Shown piece by piece: positions 1 to 8,693 of a stretch of DNA of 41,297 bases; the stretch's first letter is position 1, and every line of letters begins with the position of its first letter. The notes under the pieces were generated by a model. That model made no database searches. It was not told the origin of the DNA and was given only the letters and a program-made list of their open reading frames with translations. The translations under genes and the position numbers were made by a program. The stretch is from Acinetobacter phage APK86, in sequence record MZ936314.1; one strand, written 5' to 3'.

Positions 1-383
1 TCTCCCACCTAACCCGCCCCGCTTACCCCGTGTACCACCTCTACAGAGGAATTTCTAGGAACTCTCTTATCGAGAGTCCTTATCATCCTTCCTCATCTTA
101 TAGTATGGGTAGTTCAGACCTACATATAGTAGTATGAAGAACAGTATCAATAGTACTATGAGTATTACATTCATAACGGTATTCCTTATCAACCTTATGG
201 AATGCATCTTATCAATTATCTTATCAGTTGTCTACACCTTTCTTAATATATTTATATATAACGTCACTCTTCGAGTGTACAGTGCTAGGAATATCACTTA
301 GCAGTACTTATCAACTACACTTATCAACATATATAGGAAGGTTCTAGGTTCTTTCTCTGAGCGTCTGTATTGGTTCGGTAGCT
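1..383. repeat. Left direct terminal repeat (DTR) of the phage genome; its 383 bp are identical to 40915..41297
   Basis: Direct comparison: bases 1..383 are reproduced exactly at 40915..41297. T7-like phages carry direct terminal repeats of a few hundred bp. The repeat contains the short palindrome ACTCTC-TTATC-GAGAGT at about 65..85. Confidence 0.9.
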
Positions 384-815
384 TGCCTCTATATCGTTCT
401 ACTCTTGCCTCTATTGTCTTTCTACCTACTGCCTCTATGTTCTTTCAGTTCATGCCTCTATTGTTTTGCCTCTATATCTCTAAACATAGTTATATCTTAG
501 TGCTTACCTCTTATCATCCTTATCATAGCTCTTATCACTATTCTTATATCTATATTCTTATTACTTTCTTATATAGTTCTTATCTATATGTTCTTATCAG
601 TACTTATATAGATAGTTCTATAGTTATATTCTTATATTAATATTTATAAGAAATTTATTGTAGTTCTTATTCTATTCTATTCTAGTAGTGTAACTTCAAA
701 TATTATCTATATATATCAATAGCTTAATCTACCCTGAAAATAAGCTTATAAGAGTATAGAAGTACTAATATTGATTAATTTATGATCACATGAATAAATT
801 ATTTATAGAAAGTGC

Positions 816-844
816 TTGACGTATAAATCCTAACGTATTACTAT
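816..844 (+). promoter_or_regulatory. Host sigma70-type early promoter: TTGACG, 17-bp spacer, TACTAT
   Basis: TTGACG at 816-821, a 17-nt spacer, and TACTAT at 839-844. It lies in a non-coding AT-rich leader about 85 nt upstream of the first ORF (930). Confidence 0.55.
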
Positions 845-929
845 GCACTCATACCAAGCGATGATGAGTCCTTGAGTTACTCTTTAAAGTATTTATTCAT
901 TAGTTCTTATCAGTGTATCAATCAATACA

Positions 930-1148
930 GTGGTGAACACTATGAGACAATTAGCAGATCATATCAATAATACATACCTATCGAAAGATGTACACGCTGA
1001 TGGTAAGTTATGGGTTATATTTAATCATGATGGTAAAGACTACCAACGAGAGGTTAAGTTCAAACCGTTTAGTAATTTCCCAATCGAGTACGTTAATTTC
1101 AAGGGTAAGCAGTACCAAGTGAATACTGTTAAGAGTGCATCGGCTTAA
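930..1148 (+). CDS. Early hypothetical protein (72 aa)
   Basis: ORF directly downstream of the sigma70-like promoter. It has an ATG start and sits in the position of the first early gene of a T7-like phage. Confidence 0.5.
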   Translation: MVNTMRQLADHINNTYLSKDVHADGKLWVIFNHDGKDYQREVKFKPFSNFPIEYVNFKGKQYQVNTVKSASA

Positions 1149-1196
1149 GGCTGATACACTGATAAGAATTAAATTGAATAAATATGAAATTAAGTG

Positions 1197-1225
1197 TTGA
1201 CAACGGAATCAAACATGATTAAGAT
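1197..1225 (+). promoter_or_regulatory. Host sigma70-type early promoter: TTGACA, 17-bp spacer, TAAGAT
   Basis: Consensus -35 TTGACA at 1197-1202, a 17-nt spacer, and TAAGAT at 1220-1225. A roughly 400-nt non-coding leader follows before the next ORF (1642). Confidence 0.55.
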
Positions 1226-1641
1226 GGCAACCATAGCAAATAAGCTAGGCTAGAGACAGAAGCTTCTAAGAGGTAGACGTTGAAGGTGAATCGTAAGGCA
1301 GTAGCAAGCCGTTAATGATGTAATGTGCTACATAGGTGGTGTAAGGTAGACCGGAACAAATTACCTGAGCGGTGAATCCCGTTATCGAGCCGATATTCGA
1401 TAGATGTACTAAGTCCTTTAAGGATAAACTTATTACTTGTGTAGTAAGCTCTTATCGAACTAGGCTTTAAGGCGTTAAGTCTTTTGATTAAATCCACTAT
1501 CTATCTTATGCTTGAGCAATATGTAAGTCTCATTAAGACCTTGATAGATAGTTAAGGATTTATATAGTTGTATTGGTATAGGGTCTCGTACTCACAACCG
1601 ATACAACGCTTATAAATCTTTCTAACCACAACTACCGTAAG

Positions 1642-2160
1642 GTGAACACTATGAATCTATTAATCACTGTTGAAGATATTAACAAAGCAATCGCATCTAT
1701 CTCTAAGCGTGGTAAGCAATTAGACAACGACATACACGTTGCTGGTGTTAGTTGTCTTAAACACTGTGATGCACACGGTGATAGCACTTTGTTGGATAAG
1801 CTAGTTCAAGCTATGCCTAAAGGTTCACGTAAAGCAGCGTTCTGTGAGTGGGCTTTAGCGTATGGTAATGTTCGTATGCTTGACCGTGAGAATAAAGCTG
1901 ATAAGAGCGCTATCGAACAAGGTCGATTGTTCGCTAAGGATAAATCTAAAACTTATGATGAGGCAGGTGCCATTGCTAACCATTGGGTAGATTTTAAACC
2001 TGAACCAGACCTGTTAATGACTTTCGACGTACATGCTCAAGTGGCAGCGCTTATTAGCAAGTACAATAAAGCGATTAACAAAGGCGTGGATATTGAAGGT
2101 AAAGCGGATGCAGCCAAAGAGTTGCGTACATTGTTAAACCAATTGGAAGTTGAGGTGTAA
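1642..2160 (+). CDS. Early hypothetical protein (172 aa)
   Basis: Long ORF. GGTG..ATG context. I recognise no motif. Confidence 0.6.
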   Translation: MNTMNLLITVEDINKAIASISKRGKQLDNDIHVAGVSCLKHCDAHGDSTLLDKLVQAMPKGSRKAAFCEWALAYGNVRMLDRENKADKSAIEQGRLFAKDKSKTYDEAGAIANHWVDFKPEPDLLMTFDVHAQVAALISKYNKAINKGVDIEGKADAAKELRTLLNQLEVEV

Positions 2161-2536
2161 CATGGAACCTAGTATTAAACAACTACAAGACACTATCGCA
2201 CAACTTAAAGAAGCGTTAGTGAATTGGAACTACGTTGTATCACAAGATGGATGTACAGTCCAATTACCTATCACCAAGTTGAGTGTAAACGCTTTGCGTG
2301 GTCTATGCTCTACATTCTTTGGGGATTATCCTAATTGGTTTGTTGATGAAATGTGGGACCAGTTAAAGAATCCAGAAGGTACGTGGTTATACCCTGTCGG
2401 AGGTCGGGAAGAATTCTATACTTATCTTAACCGATGGGCTAACCCTAAGCGTAAGGCGTTAGCTGAACGTTGTATCCCTTACTTACAAGCTAAACTCGAA
2501 GCTGCATTGCTTAAGGAAGGTGACGCATGTTCTTAG
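2150..2536 (+). CDS. Early hypothetical protein (128 aa)
   Basis: ORF overlapping the stop of the upstream gene, which suggests translational coupling. No motif recognised. Confidence 0.55.
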   Translation: MRCNMEPSIKQLQDTIAQLKEALVNWNYVVSQDGCTVQLPITKLSVNALRGLCSTFFGDYPNWFVDEMWDQLKNPEGTWLYPVGGREEFYTYLNRWANPKRKALAERCIPYLQAKLEAALLKEGDACS

Positions 2537-2640
2537 GATTACCTTTTCACTTCTGGTACGGTGTATGTTTAGCTACACTTGTTGTTGTATTGGCTGAAAT
2601 TGCAGCACGACAAAAGGGTAAACACTATGACAATACTTGA
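2527..2640 (+). CDS. Small hydrophobic protein (37 aa, MFLGLPFHFWYGVCLATLVVVLAEIAARQKGKHYDNT)
   Basis: Hand-translated. The ATG at 2527 overlaps the upstream stop at 2534-2536. It encodes a single predicted transmembrane helix. The ORF is below the 60-aa cut-off of the supplied track. Confidence 0.3.
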   Translation: MFLGLPFHFWYGVCLATLVVVLAEIAARQKGKHYDNT

Positions 2641-2713
2641 GCAAGTCTTTGTATTCTCTTTATGTATAGCTGCTGGATGCATCCTCTCTTATTTTATCTG
2701 TAAGGATCGTTAA
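2627..2713 (+). CDS. Small hydrophobic protein (28 aa, MTILEQVFVFSLCIAAGCILSYFICKDR)
   Basis: Hand-translated. Its stop at 2711-2713 lies 1 nt before the ATG of the next gene (2715), which suggests coupling. It has a single TM-like segment. Confidence 0.3.
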   Translation: MTILEQVFVFSLCIAAGCILSYFICKDR

Positions 2714-2714
2714 T

Positions 2715-3311
2715 ATGTCACATATAATCTATGGTATCGAACCTATCATGACTGTAATTGCACAGTGTCTTGAAGAAACCTTGTTATTACAACAAGGGCA
2801 GTACCCTATACACTATTCAGCTAATGCGGAAGAAGTCCCTAGTACGGGTAAACAAGTGCATGCCATGTGGTTATGTGCCCATAACTTTGGTTCACCTTTC
2901 CTTGTGTATAGCGGTGCTAACGATGCAGATAAGTTATATTTAAGCCCACAAGTAAACTTACTGTATCGTGCTGTACATGATCATGATCACGCATTTGCTT
3001 ACGAGCTTGGTCGTGGTACAACTAAGTACGAAGACGAACGTTATCTTAACTGCCTAATGGCTAAACGATGTTATGAGTTTGCTTTAGCTAATAAAGATGT
3101 TGTGTTAGCTATGCAAGTGTTCTTTATAATGTACCATGATACTGTGGGGCAGGTAGAGTACTTTAAAGAGAAAGGTACTTTCTGTGAAGATCAGCGTGCT
3201 GAAACAACACGAAGACTAGATGAGTGTGCAGGTTATCGTGCATTAAAACAAGGGCGTAATCGTGTTGCTAAAGCGTATATGTTAGGTTATATGGGGCAAT
3301 GTGGGTTATGA
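2715..3311 (+). CDS. Early hypothetical protein (198 aa)
   Basis: Long ORF. It contains an HDHDH stretch but no motif I can assign. Confidence 0.6.
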   Translation: MSHIIYGIEPIMTVIAQCLEETLLLQQGQYPIHYSANAEEVPSTGKQVHAMWLCAHNFGSPFLVYSGANDADKLYLSPQVNLLYRAVHDHDHAFAYELGRGTTKYEDERYLNCLMAKRCYEFALANKDVVLAMQVFFIMYHDTVGQVEYFKEKGTFCEDQRAETTRRLDECAGYRALKQGRNRVAKAYMLGYMGQCGL

Positions 3312-3409
3312 AAGGCGTACTTACAACTGGTTTATTCTGCTTAACTTATGTGGTATTGTCTGCATACGAGTGGTTAGTTACTACTAGCAAGGAAGAACAT
3401 GATCTCTAA
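3308..3409 (+). CDS. Small hydrophobic protein (33 aa, MKGVLTTGLFCLTYVVLSAYEWLVTTSKEEHDL)
   Basis: ATGA start/stop overlap with the upstream gene, and overlap with the next small ORF. TM-like segment. Confidence 0.3.
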   Translation: MKGVLTTGLFCLTYVVLSAYEWLVTTSKEEHDL

Positions 3410-3569
3410 TATTATTGTTGGGCTATTTCTGCTACATTACTTCTTAGGTGCAGCCTTCTGCTTTGCTGCTTGGGTGTTACCTATATCAAGTACAGCAAAA
3501 TTCTACACATTCTTATACTTAATTCTAGCTATTCCTGTGTTTGCATGGTTAGCTAACAAATACGCATAG
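3399..3569 (+). CDS. Small membrane protein (56 aa, two hydrophobic segments)
   Basis: AGGAAG ribosome-binding site 4 nt upstream of the ATG at 3399. Hand-translated to MISNIIVGLFLLHYFLGAAFCFAAWVLPISSTAKFYTFLYLILAIPVFAWLANKYA. Better supported than the minus-strand ORF 3503..3730 that overlaps it. Confidence 0.4.
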   Translation: MISNIIVGLFLLHYFLGAAFCFAAWVLPISSTAKFYTFLYLILAIPVFAWLANKYA

Positions 3570-3577
3570 GTGATATT

Positions 3578-3976
3578 ATGGACGTAAGACTTCAACAAGT
3601 TATTGAACAGTACAAAGATAAGACCACACCGATTCGCTTGTTCTATATGGATGATGACGGTACTGATTGGTTGGAAGAAAGTGGTTGTATAGGTTATGTT
3701 ATTTATCCACAAGGTGCGGTATCTGCCCATGACTTTGAATTAGTAGGCGCTGGGACTGTACTGCATAATGCAATCGGTAAGGTTGTTGATGTGCAGACTG
3801 GACGTATTCTATATCAGCATGGGAGCTACCAGAATCCGAACTTAAAAGTAGTGGGTAGTCATCTACGGGGTTGGGAAATCAGACATCCTGACGGACGTAT
3901 GGTAGCGTTCTATCGCACAAAAGGACCAGCTACCCGCTTAGCTAACTACCTAAACGGTGTGACTAACTCAATCTAG
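3578..3976 (+). CDS. Hypothetical protein (132 aa)
   Basis: ORF with a GGTG..ATG context. No motif recognised. Confidence 0.55.
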   Translation: MDVRLQQVIEQYKDKTTPIRLFYMDDDGTDWLEESGCIGYVIYPQGAVSAHDFELVGAGTVLHNAIGKVVDVQTGRILYQHGSYQNPNLKVVGSHLRGWEIRHPDGRMVAFYRTKGPATRLANYLNGVTNSI

Positions 3977-4046
3977 TATATTTATAGCAGCATTCTATAT
4001 GGATGCTGTTAGTAAGTATTCTCAACAACTCTAAAGGAGTTAAACA

Positions 4047-4526
4047 ATGACTAAACGTAACGCTTATCCTGTTGGTAAATTTGATAATGTAGAGTGGAAT
4101 GGTAATCCTATCTATAATCACAAAGTGGAGCAGGTACTCCGTGCTGTGTTAGTACCTGATGCTGGTGTTAATAATGTTAATGCATTGAGTGGCGGGTTTA
4201 CTTACAACCAACAACCTACGGACCATGTTCGTGTAGGTAAAAGTACTGTGCGTGGTTGGTGCTTTGAACCTACAACAAACAGCTTCTTAATTCGCTTAGG
4301 TATTAAACCGAGTGCTCTGTTACTACGATTAGCTCAACAACATCTTAATGGTGTGATGTTGCTACGTGAACAAGGTGATGATCTATTTATCCCATTCGCT
4401 GCGTTGTATCAAGCTGCATACCTAGCAGTATTTAAACCTAAGTTACTTAATAAAGAACTCAATGAGTATGTTAGCAAACACGGTACACCTAAACATTTCG
4501 CTGTAGAGGTAAAAGGAGCTAAATAA
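4047..4526 (+). CDS. Hypothetical protein (159 aa)
   Basis: AAAGGAG ribosome-binding site upstream of the ATG. Confidence 0.6.
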   Translation: MTKRNAYPVGKFDNVEWNGNPIYNHKVEQVLRAVLVPDAGVNNVNALSGGFTYNQQPTDHVRVGKSTVRGWCFEPTTNSFLIRLGIKPSALLLRLAQQHLNGVMLLREQGDDLFIPFAALYQAAYLAVFKPKLLNKELNEYVSKHGTPKHFAVEVKGAK

Positions 4527-4527
4527 G

Positions 4528-4929
4528 ATGACTACTAAAAACAAATATCCTGATTTCTGTGTTGCTAACTATTCACCTGAACACTTTGAGGCTACTAAGA
4601 AAGTGTTAGCGGATTGCGGTATTGAGTTACGTTACTTAATGCCACAGGAAGATTATAAACCCCAGTATGACCCTGATAACCCTAAAGGTATTCGAGTTAA
4701 AGGTAAAGTTGCTACTGTGGCTGTTACTGATGATGGTTTTGAACAGGCTAAGGCAGGGACTCCACTTACAATCAAAACTCGAAACATCTATCGACATGTA
4801 GGTAAACTAAACATCTTTGATAGTGCTGAACTTAAAACGTTGGTTAAATACACACCGAAAGGTATAAAGACATCACTGTTTAAGAGGTTTTTAATTACCA
4901 TTAAGGCTATCATCAATCACTTTCGTTAA
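4528..4929 (+). CDS. Hypothetical protein (133 aa)
   Basis: AAAGGAG ribosome-binding site. Packed 1 nt after the upstream stop. Confidence 0.6.
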   Translation: MTTKNKYPDFCVANYSPEHFEATKKVLADCGIELRYLMPQEDYKPQYDPDNPKGIRVKGKVATVAVTDDGFEQAKAGTPLTIKTRNIYRHVGKLNIFDSAELKTLVKYTPKGIKTSLFKRFLITIKAIINHFR

Positions 4930-4939
4930 TAGGTAGAAT

Positions 4940-5107
4940 ATGTTAATTAAAGGTTATAGTGTTACACAAGCTTATGTTGATGAGCTTCAAGAACTAACTA
5001 ACTATGAGCAGCGCAAGCGTGAACAACGTGAGCGTAAGAATATTGTCAAAGAGCGTAAGTTAGATCGTCGCTCTAAGCGGGAGGCTAAACGAAATGCGTG
5101 GGCATAG
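4940..5107 (+). CDS. Small highly basic protein (55 aa, rich in R, K, E and Q)
   Basis: Hand-translated to MLIKGYSVTQAYVDELQELTNYEQRKREQRERKNIVKERKLDRRSKREAKRNAWA. It fills the otherwise empty 4930..5093 gap and overlaps the next ORF start. Confidence 0.35.
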   Translation: MLIKGYSVTQAYVDELQELTNYEQRKREQRERKNIVKERKLDRRSKREAKRNAWA

Positions 5108-5300
5108 CTATACAGTGGGTGATCGGGTTTACCGTACACTGCCAAGCTCTAATCTACCGAAAGGTACTAAAGGTACTGTTGGACATGGTCGTATGTATTC
5201 CAAGACTGAAGGTCAACTGGTGAAGGTAAACTTTGATAATGGAAGTATATGGTATTGTTCAGATAAATTTATTAAACCTTTAGTGAGGGTAGTCGGATGA
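5094..5300 (+). CDS. Small protein, paralog 1 of a tandem triplet (68 aa)
   Basis: It shares the pattern VG-RV....G.-GTV(G)........V.F..G with the two ORFs that follow. Confidence 0.55.
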   Translation: MRGHSYTVGDRVYRTLPSSNLPKGTKGTVGHGRMYSKTEGQLVKVNFDNGSIWYCSDKFIKPLVRVVG

Positions 5301-5500
5301 AATTCGGTAAAGTTAAAGTAGGTATGCGTGTTCGTATTAAGAATAATCCTAATGGTAATCTTGCTGAACCAGAGAACTTAGGTGCGGTAGGTACAGTTAG
5401 TTATAAAGAACCAGCAACTTATACTGGTAAGTTAACAGTACTAATCAATTTTGGAAATAATGTTATTGATTGGGTTAATCACAAGAGCTTAAGAAGGTGA
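5297..5500 (+). CDS. Small protein, paralog 2 of a tandem triplet (67 aa)
   Basis: The same conserved pattern (KVGMRVRI...GAVGTV...LTVLINFGN). ATGA overlap with paralog 1. Confidence 0.55.
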   Translation: MKFGKVKVGMRVRIKNNPNGNLAEPENLGAVGTVSYKEPATYTGKLTVLINFGNNVIDWVNHKSLRR

Positions 5501-5507
5501 AAGACTA

Positions 5508-5732
5508 ATGAAAGTTAAGAACTGTAAAGTAGGTCAACGTGTTGAAATTAAACACTTAATTGGTTTTGATAGCAACCACTTCAATAAAGGTGATACAGGC
5601 GTTATCAGCCGTATCGACGACACAGGCGATGTTGAGCTACATGTGTATGTACAATTTGATGGTAGCGACGAGACTTGTGAACGCTTCACATACCCTAGTC
5701 AACTACGTAAGGTGAAAGGAGATGCTTCATAG
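5508..5732 (+). CDS. Small protein, paralog 3 of a tandem triplet (74 aa)
   Basis: KVGQRVEI...GDTGVI...VQFDG pattern. Confidence 0.55.
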   Translation: MKVKNCKVGQRVEIKHLIGFDSNHFNKGDTGVISRIDDTGDVELHVYVQFDGSDETCERFTYPSQLRKVKGDAS

Positions 5733-6522
5733 CAGCGAATGGCTGGATCAAGCTAAGGCTGTACCATTAGGACAGAAGCGTCGTGTATATCATGGTGCAG
5801 AATGTACTAAAGCAATGGATGTTTACAACAACTTAGACAGTTGGTCATGTTGGTGTCACCGTTGTCATGAAGGTGGTAAGGTCTGGAAGACACACTTAGC
5901 TAGGGAGACGCTAGTTCAGGCACCTGCCATTAGGCACTTCTTGAACTATAAGCAGCTATGTACGCTTACAGAATTAGCGGAGAAGCACGAAAGCAAGTAC
6001 AGTCGTATGGTTGTACTACTTCAAAGCAAAGGTGTCTCTACGACGATTCTACAGCCATATAGACCTATGTATAATTTAGAGGATGATCGGTTAGTGTTTA
6101 GCTTTGAAGGTGTTGACATTGGTAGAGATTGTACTGGTGTCTCACCTATGAAATGGTACAAATACTATAAAGAGAATCCTAAGAGCTTTGTGTACTTGCA
6201 AGGCAAAAATCAATTCGATACACGAGAGCCTGTGGCTGTTACTGAGGATTTGTTTTCAAGTATGAAGATAAAACATTACTCAGGTTGCAGTGCGATGTGT
6301 TTACTAGGAACTAATTTTGAAGATGAAAAGCTTAACTTCTTGTCATCCCGTAAGCCAGTTCTTGCATTGGATGGCGATCTTGCAGGACAAACTGCTGAAA
6401 GGCTTATTAGTAATCGTCTTAGTCTTTTTGGTGTACCTTACTTGCGGGTCAGTATTCCTTTAGGTCTTGACCCTAAAGATTTAAAACCTAACGAAATCAA
6501 ACAATTATTTGGAGACATCTAA
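5722..6522 (+). CDS. DNA primase (zinc ribbon plus TOPRIM domain)
   Basis: Zinc-ribbon motif CWCHRCHEGG near the N-terminus. A TOPRIM-like acidic motif LALDGDLAG lies near the C-terminus. It occupies the position of the separate primase gene of phiKMV-like phages. Confidence 0.7.
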   Translation: MLHSSEWLDQAKAVPLGQKRRVYHGAECTKAMDVYNNLDSWSCWCHRCHEGGKVWKTHLARETLVQAPAIRHFLNYKQLCTLTELAEKHESKYSRMVVLLQSKGVSTTILQPYRPMYNLEDDRLVFSFEGVDIGRDCTGVSPMKWYKYYKENPKSFVYLQGKNQFDTREPVAVTEDLFSSMKIKHYSGCSAMCLLGTNFEDEKLNFLSSRKPVLALDGDLAGQTAERLISNRLSLFGVPYLRVSIPLGLDPKDLKPNEIKQLFGDI

Positions 6523-6833
6523 TGGGTGATAATTATCACTATATTAAGTTTAATATAAACACCCGCAGTGAATGGGTACTAGCTATTCAACATGCTGAGA
6601 ATAACGGGTTTCCCGTAGATAATCGACATATACATAAACTTGATAGGTATAACGGTGGTTGTGGTGTAGTCAATGTACATTTGAATAAGGATAGGACGGG
6701 TTTAAACTGCGCCTACCGTGAATATTGCGGGCCGAATACGTTAAATGTTACATCTATAGAACAATTCAAACATGCTGTGAATTGCTTCTGTCACGATGGT
6801 TATTTAAATGATGAAAACTTAGGAGAAATCTAA
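6522..6833 (+). CDS. Hypothetical protein (103 aa)
   Basis: ATGA-coupled ORF. Confidence 0.5.
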   Translation: MGDNYHYIKFNINTRSEWVLAIQHAENNGFPVDNRHIHKLDRYNGGCGVVNVHLNKDRTGLNCAYREYCGPNTLNVTSIEQFKHAVNCFCHDGYLNDENLGEI

Positions 6834-7153
6834 TGTTATATAACGGTATTAATGTGAACGTAAACCCTGAACAGCACGCGGTAATTACCCAATTCCTGAA
6901 TGAATGTGGTTTACCAAACACATTCACGTGGCTAACCGAACAACATTCTGCGGAAAGTAATATCGAAATTTGGTGGCATACGGCTGATGCTAAGAAATCC
7001 TTCTCAGGTACAGACGGTCCAAGTCTGTATGGGAATGGCAGTCGTAACGTCGTGACAGAAGGTAGCTACGATGCTAAATCTCCTGATGATTTTATTAACG
7101 CCTTCAACCACTGGAAAGAACATGGTGTACTTGATTCGGAGGTATTTAAGTAA
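6833..7153 (+). CDS. Hypothetical protein (106 aa)
   Basis: Coupled ORF (TAATG overlap). Confidence 0.5.
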   Translation: MLYNGINVNVNPEQHAVITQFLNECGLPNTFTWLTEQHSAESNIEIWWHTADAKKSFSGTDGPSLYGNGSRNVVTEGSYDAKSPDDFINAFNHWKEHGVLDSEVFK

Positions 7154-7380
7154 TGGCTATCCTTAAGGTTATACCTCGAACATCTGCGGAATGTAACCAG
7201 TTAATATCCATATTACATTCAAATAATCTAGGACCAGCAAGTACGTCTACTAAGACGATTAGCCCGAATGTCGTATGTTGTATCTGGACCCTATCTAAAT
7301 TGTATTGTTTTAATAGACGAGATTATGGTTGGGCTGATACAACAATAACAGTAAACCAATTAGCTAGTAAGTTGAAATAA
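7153..7380 (+). CDS. Hypothetical protein (75 aa)
   Basis: Coupled ORF. Confidence 0.4.
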   Translation: MAILKVIPRTSAECNQLISILHSNNLGPASTSTKTISPNVVCCIWTLSKLYCFNRRDYGWADTTITVNQLASKLK

Positions 7381-7392
7381 TTAGGAAATTTT

Positions 7393-8691
7393 ATGTCTGA
7401 CCGTGAACCAATTGATCGGAATGTGTTACATGCACTAAGTGATAAGAAGCGTTTCGATCTTCTTTATACATCTGTACCTAAAGACATGTTAGACGCTAAC
7501 ACAGTCCGATTACTGGATTGGTTTGGTGTTTACTTTAAGGAGTATCCTGAGCATCAATATGTAGATTGGTCTGCATTTGATACGCTGGTGAAACTTAAAG
7601 GTAACATGACGAAAGAGCAAATCACTGCTATGGCTGCACTGACTACTTTGTTACGTAAGCCAGTGAGTGAGGATATTATCAAAAATACTTGTGATCAGCT
7701 TGAAGTACTACGGTATGAAGGTGAAGTAGGTATGATCCTGAAACGCTTTCAGAGTGGTGAGGAGTTCGACTTAGCAAGTGAGCTTGAGGTAGCTACCCAA
7801 ACACACAAACAACGCGTTACAACGCAAGTAGAAGCGCTATGGTGCGACACGGATATTGCAGAGTTAATCGACTTATCTGCTGATGATAGTGGTTATAAGT
7901 TCGATTGTTTACCAGACGTTATCTGTGATGATCTTAAGGGTGTAACTGCTGGTAAGAACATTGCATTAGCCATGCCTACCAACGCAGGTAAGACATCATT
8001 GTTCTGTGCGATTGCTAAGTCATTTGCAGTACAGCATAAGGACTTGGTAGAAGCTGGTGAGACAGAGTTCCAGCCTATCTTGTACTTGATTAATGAAGGT
8101 ACAGCAGAGGACATTATGCCTCGTGTATATAGTACGGTGCTTGGTGTTGATAGCAGTAAGCTGTTCGAAATGCGTAAAGAGTTAGGTGGTGACGGTTTAC
8201 GTGAAGCTTATAAGAAAGTAGTTGGACGTACTGATGCTATTCGATTAGTGAATATTCATGGTGCTACAACTGCTGATGTTAATAAGTTAATCAGTAAACA
8301 TAAACCATTCTGTGTAATCACAGACATGACTGGACGTATTCGCTGTGTAGGCGCTCAAGCTGCTAATGATGTGCAACAGTTAGAAACGGTATGGGATACG
8401 ATGCGACAGTTCGCAGCGATTCATAAAATGATTCATATCGGAAGTATTCAGGTGAGTGCTGAGGGTATGGATATGTTATTCCCACCACTATCTGCATTAC
8501 AGAATAGTAAAACAGGTGTACAAACTACACTTGACTTAGCCATTTTTGGTGGTGCTTGGATGCAACCTACAGAGGATATTGAGTACCAACGTGGTATCAG
8601 TACACCGAAGAATAAACTTAAACGTGCAGGTAAGAAATCATATCTCAAGGCTGAGACATTCTTTAACCCTGACTTGAACACTTGGAAATAA
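7393..8691 (+). CDS. DNA helicase (DnaB/T7 gp4 helicase-like)
   Basis: Walker A motif AMPTNAGKTS. 432 aa. Located between the primase and ligase genes. Confidence 0.75.
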   Translation: MSDREPIDRNVLHALSDKKRFDLLYTSVPKDMLDANTVRLLDWFGVYFKEYPEHQYVDWSAFDTLVKLKGNMTKEQITAMAALTTLLRKPVSEDIIKNTCDQLEVLRYEGEVGMILKRFQSGEEFDLASELEVATQTHKQRVTTQVEALWCDTDIAELIDLSADDSGYKFDCLPDVICDDLKGVTAGKNIALAMPTNAGKTSLFCAIAKSFAVQHKDLVEAGETEFQPILYLINEGTAEDIMPRVYSTVLGVDSSKLFEMRKELGGDGLREAYKKVVGRTDAIRLVNIHGATTADVNKLISKHKPFCVITDMTGRIRCVGAQAANDVQQLETVWDTMRQFAAIHKMIHIGSIQVSAEGMDMLFPPLSALQNSKTGVQTTLDLAIFGGAWMQPTEDIEYQRGISTPKNKLKRAGKKSYLKAETFFNPDLNTWK

Positions 8692-8693
8692 TT

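Noticed and set aside
384-480. Possible CRISPR-like array (TGCCTCTAT ×5)
   Set aside because: The repeat unit is only 8-9 bp, the spacers are 11-22 bp, and there is no leader. It is far too short for a CRISPR array. I interpret it as a terminal-repeat-adjacent short-repeat array.
383-640. 85-aa + strand ORF rich in Tyr, Leu and Ser
   Set aside because: It lies in the TGCCTCTAT and CTTATCA repeat array next to the terminal repeat. It has no ribosome-binding site, and its low-complexity translation is generated by the repeats. It sits upstream of the first early promoter.
1312-1497. 61-aa minus-strand ORF
   Set aside because: It lies in the early leader. All credible genes are on the + strand, as expected for a T7-like phage. 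No ribosome-binding site.
2758-2943. 61-aa + strand ORF in an alternative frame inside the 2715..3311 gene
   Set aside because: It is fully embedded in a longer, better-supported ORF and lacks a ribosome-binding site.
3503-3730. 75-aa minus-strand ORF
   Set aside because: It is antisense to the + strand ORFs 3399..3569 and 3578..3976, which have good ribosome-binding sites.
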